Shown: piece after piece, positions 63,709 to 64,000 of the stretch
How positions within the stretch are numbered: position 1 is the first letter of the stretch
Layout of the letters: each line of letters opens with the position of its first letter
Assembly: GCA_049606035.1 (NCBI GenBank)
Contig: JBMYVD010000001.1
Span: forward strand, 34,244-98,243
Length of the DNA stretch: 64,000 bases
From: Candidatus Poseidoniaceae archaeon
GTDB taxonomy: Archaea; Thermoplasmatota; Poseidoniia; Poseidoniales; Poseidoniaceae
Direction: 5' to 3'
Notes under the pieces: model-generated
Databases searched by the model: none
Seen by the model: only the letters and a program-made list of their open reading frames with translations
What the model was told of the DNA's origin: nothing
Made by a program: the position numbers and the translations under genes

Positions 63709-64000
63709 TAAGTTCCCTCAGAGCGTCTTCGAGTCCTAACCCCTCTTCAGACATGCGGTTCAAAACCGACTCAAAGTTGGGATTTGAGGTGAGGATGCTT
63801 TCGTGCGCCATCAATAGTTGCTGTCTGCTTCTTGCGCGCTTGGATGAATTCCTCACTTCTAGAGTAGTCACTTGGATAACAAGTTCATCTAATCCATCAC
63901 CGGTAATTGTACTTGTCTTGATAATTTGAGGCATGTCGTTTGTTAATCCCAATGACACAGTGAGGTCATTTACTACCTTGTCAGCACCGTCTAGGTCTGA
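63692..64000 (-). CDS. meaB: MeaB/ArgK-like GTPase, C-terminal part (truncated by the window edge)
   Basis: Frame open to the window end: SDLDGADKVVNDL...PQIIKTSTITGDGLDEL (end of NKxD region and G5 motif). Confidence 0.6.
   Translation of the reverse strand, partial: SDLDGADKVVNDLTVSLGLTNDMPQIIKTSTITGDGLDELVIQVTTLEVRNSSKRARSRQQLLMAHESILTSNPNFESVLNRMSEEGLGLEDALRELSERSS

Overview
Gene-dense, roughly mid-40% GC archaeal core-genome segment. Gene content points to Thermoplasmatota, most likely Marine Group II (Ca. Poseidoniales); this is an inference. Supporting genes are an unsplit rpoB, eS1, eL30, proteasome beta, aCPSF1, bacterial-type plsC/thyA/folA/gshA and large acidic thrombospondin-type-3 surface proteins. 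About 63 CDS and one tRNA-Lys(UUU) are seen; no CRISPR, IS or prophage. Three items stand out. (1) A five-gene cluster (23259-27967) encodes a eukaryote-type Cid1/TUT4-7-like terminal nucleotidyltransferase. It has an intact catalytic triad and the UTP-selecting His, is fused to an archaeal coiled-coil domain, and sits with two coiled-coil paralogs, a GNAT and a Roadblock-like protein: a candidate archaeal RNA 3'-uridylation system. (2) A Rieske/cytochrome b6 operon carries the heme-ci cysteine, lacks cytochrome c1, and has subunit IV fused to a cytoplasmic HdrD/GlpC-type 2x[4Fe-4S]+2xCCG module. (3) The RNA polymerase is remodelled: Rpo5 and Rpo1C share a homologous extra N-terminal HhH-like plus Arg-rich domain, and Rpo1N has a Cys4 insertion in the dock domain. 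All family assignments come from motif recognition and recall, not database searches.
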